The position numbers were made by a program, and so were the translations under genes. The notes under the pieces are model-generated. The model worked only from the letters and a program-made list of their open reading frames with translations. It was not told the DNA's origin and did not search any database. Positions 62,373-64,000 of a DNA stretch of 64,000 bases are shown here, piece after piece (the first letter of the stretch is position 1; every line of letters begins with the position of its first letter). Source of the DNA: Sulfolobales archaeon (GTDB lineage Archaea; Thermoproteota; Thermoprotei_A; Sulfolobales; NBVN01); the NCBI GenBank assembly GCA_038841535.1, contig JAWBTQ010000005.1, positions 1-64,000 of the forward strand, in the 5' to 3' direction.

Positions 62373-63113
62373 GTGAGCGAGGTGTTAATTAGGGGGCTTT
62401 TAAAGGTTTTGCACCCATCCGACGTAATCACTAGGTTAAGCATAGAGTTACGCATGGAGACGGTGTTGACTAACATGAGTCTTACTGGGAGGTATACCCA
62501 CGGGTTACTTTTATTTAATCCGGTTTCGGCATATAACTTTCCATCGATAAAGCTACTGGATATAATTAGCACTTCAGATATAATCAAGGAGTTCACGTTC
62601 GTTCATAAAGACCCTCCTATAATATATATAGTAAAACAGAGCTTCGGAGTACAAAAGGCCTTAGCTGATGTGCGAGCAATTAAACCTACAACCGTCTTAC
62701 ATAGCTTGAACGGTGTAAAACACTTTTGGGTTACGCTTGACGAATCGAAAGCTTCAGATCTTGTCAGACTTGTCAAAAAGTACGCTATCGAGGTTGGTGA
62801 GAAGGAGACTCGTGTTAGGCTTAAAATATACAAAAAACTCAAAAGCTTAGACTACAATTTTCTGAGGTCTTTCCCGACGAACTTTAGAGAATATTTTATA
62901 GTAGGTGGTCGCAATTATGGAGCTTCCAAGCTAACTTTACTAGAATACTATGTCTTAAGGAGAGCTTACGAACTCGGGTATTTCGATTGGCCACGAAGGT
63001 GTTCTCTCACTTGTTTATCCGCAGATATTGGACTATCAAAAGCTACTCTTTCTGAACATTTAAGAACTGCCATTAGGAAGCTACTGAATGAATATTTTGA
63101 ACAACTTGAATAA
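62373..63113 (+). CDS. HTH-10 (Bat-like) transcriptional regulator
   Basis: C-terminal LT..E..VL..AYELGYFDWPRR.SL..L...IGLSKATLSEHLR.A..KL. Confidence 0.9.
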   Translation: MSEVLIRGLLKVLHPSDVITRLSIELRMETVLTNMSLTGRYTHGLLLFNPVSAYNFPSIKLLDIISTSDIIKEFTFVHKDPPIIYIVKQSFGVQKALADVRAIKPTTVLHSLNGVKHFWVTLDESKASDLVRLVKKYAIEVGEKETRVRLKIYKKLKSLDYNFLRSFPTNFREYFIVGGRNYGASKLTLLEYYVLRRAYELGYFDWPRRCSLTCLSADIGLSKATLSEHLRTAIRKLLNEYFEQLE

Positions 63114-64000
63114 TGACGTTATCATTTAAGGACTTAAGTAGCTTAATGTAAGCTAGGCTATAAACGTGAAGGCTCGAGAATAATGGAGCAACAGGTTAGC
63201 GATCAAGTCTTAAGCCTGTTATTTAACTTCCGGCAGTTGAGATGGACGTATGTGAGCGCGGTCTCACCGCCACTATGTAGCTATCATAACACTTTAGTAC
63301 CGGATACGGCTATATACTCATGTTGATGGTATGCAAAGTAAAAGTTACACCCTATGTGTCCGTTATTCAGAGTAAGCCACACTTGTCCAGCATAGTATGC
63401 AATACAGAATAAACTTTCAACAAGTTAGCAGCTTGATTAGCTACAAGTACATTCCTGCTATAGGATCCTCCCTGTTCGTGAGCGCAAGTCCAGCTGTTAG
63501 AAGCTATGTAGACGTTCATTCTTAGTAGGATGTTGACTGAAATGATAACATAAGACAGCTTCACTATTAGTGGAGATGTATAAGCTCTTCGCTACTTCTC
63601 CTATTTTCAGCAAAGGAGTCGAAAGGTATTTTAAGACGGTAGGCCGACTAAGTTTATAGAATCTTACCAAGACATGATTAATGTCATCTCCCAGTTATTT
63701 CGAGAAATCTATAGCAAGGCAGAAATTGTTGAGTACGAATGACTATATGTGTTATTATTTCGTTGATCTTCTATTCATTAATCATGCAACAATCTGAGAA
63801 CTAAAGACCATCGAGTCTTCATCCTGGCACATACAGGTATTCCAGCTCTGGCTAAGTAGCTTTAATGTCTAGGACTTACGTGCTTAGTGACGCAAGCATT
63901 CGAAATCGGTACTTAGAAACGTAATGCTTCAATCGATGGATTCGAAGTATTTGGTGTCATAAGACCTTCTCGAAAACCGATGTTTAGCAGGAACCACCCA

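Noticed and set aside
63114-64000. Short ORFs at the right end (63367-63564 and fragments)
   Set aside because: No motifs or convincing coding signal; possibly decayed DNA or the end of a gene outside the window.

Overview
Archaeal chromosomal DNA, most consistent with a hyperthermophilic Thermoproteota (Desulfurococcales-like) genome. The evidence is tuf-rps10-tRNA-Ser, rpo7-spt4, csl4-dph2-rpl16, fen1, iorAB, GC-rich tRNAs with an archaeal-type intron, GGTG(A) Shine-Dalgarno motifs and frequent GTG/TTG starts. About 51 kb is core metabolism and transport: an SSS symporter, an opp/dpp ABC operon, ornithine aminotransferase, OTCase, class II HMG-CoA reductase and PGI/PMI. Downstream of tRNA-Ser(GGA) lies a decayed integrated element with an integrase pseudogene, a fused restriction-modification enzyme, an origin-like palindrome region and eroded virus/plasmid-like ORFs. 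It is bounded by a 31-bp imperfect direct repeat and followed by a TAXI-TRAP/PEP-mutase-family islet. Highlights missed by the ORF track: (1) a promoter-bearing, isolated 5' half of tRNA-Gln(UUG) followed by a GC-rich tail, a candidate trans-spliced split tRNA; (2) a ~220-bp element resembling an internally deleted IS200/IS605 tnpB (omegaRNA-like scaffold without protein); (3) a double-guide C/D box sRNA; (4) a circularly permuted OppA; (5) two small proteins and a probable ATA start codon. All family assignments come from motif recognition and recall, not database searches.
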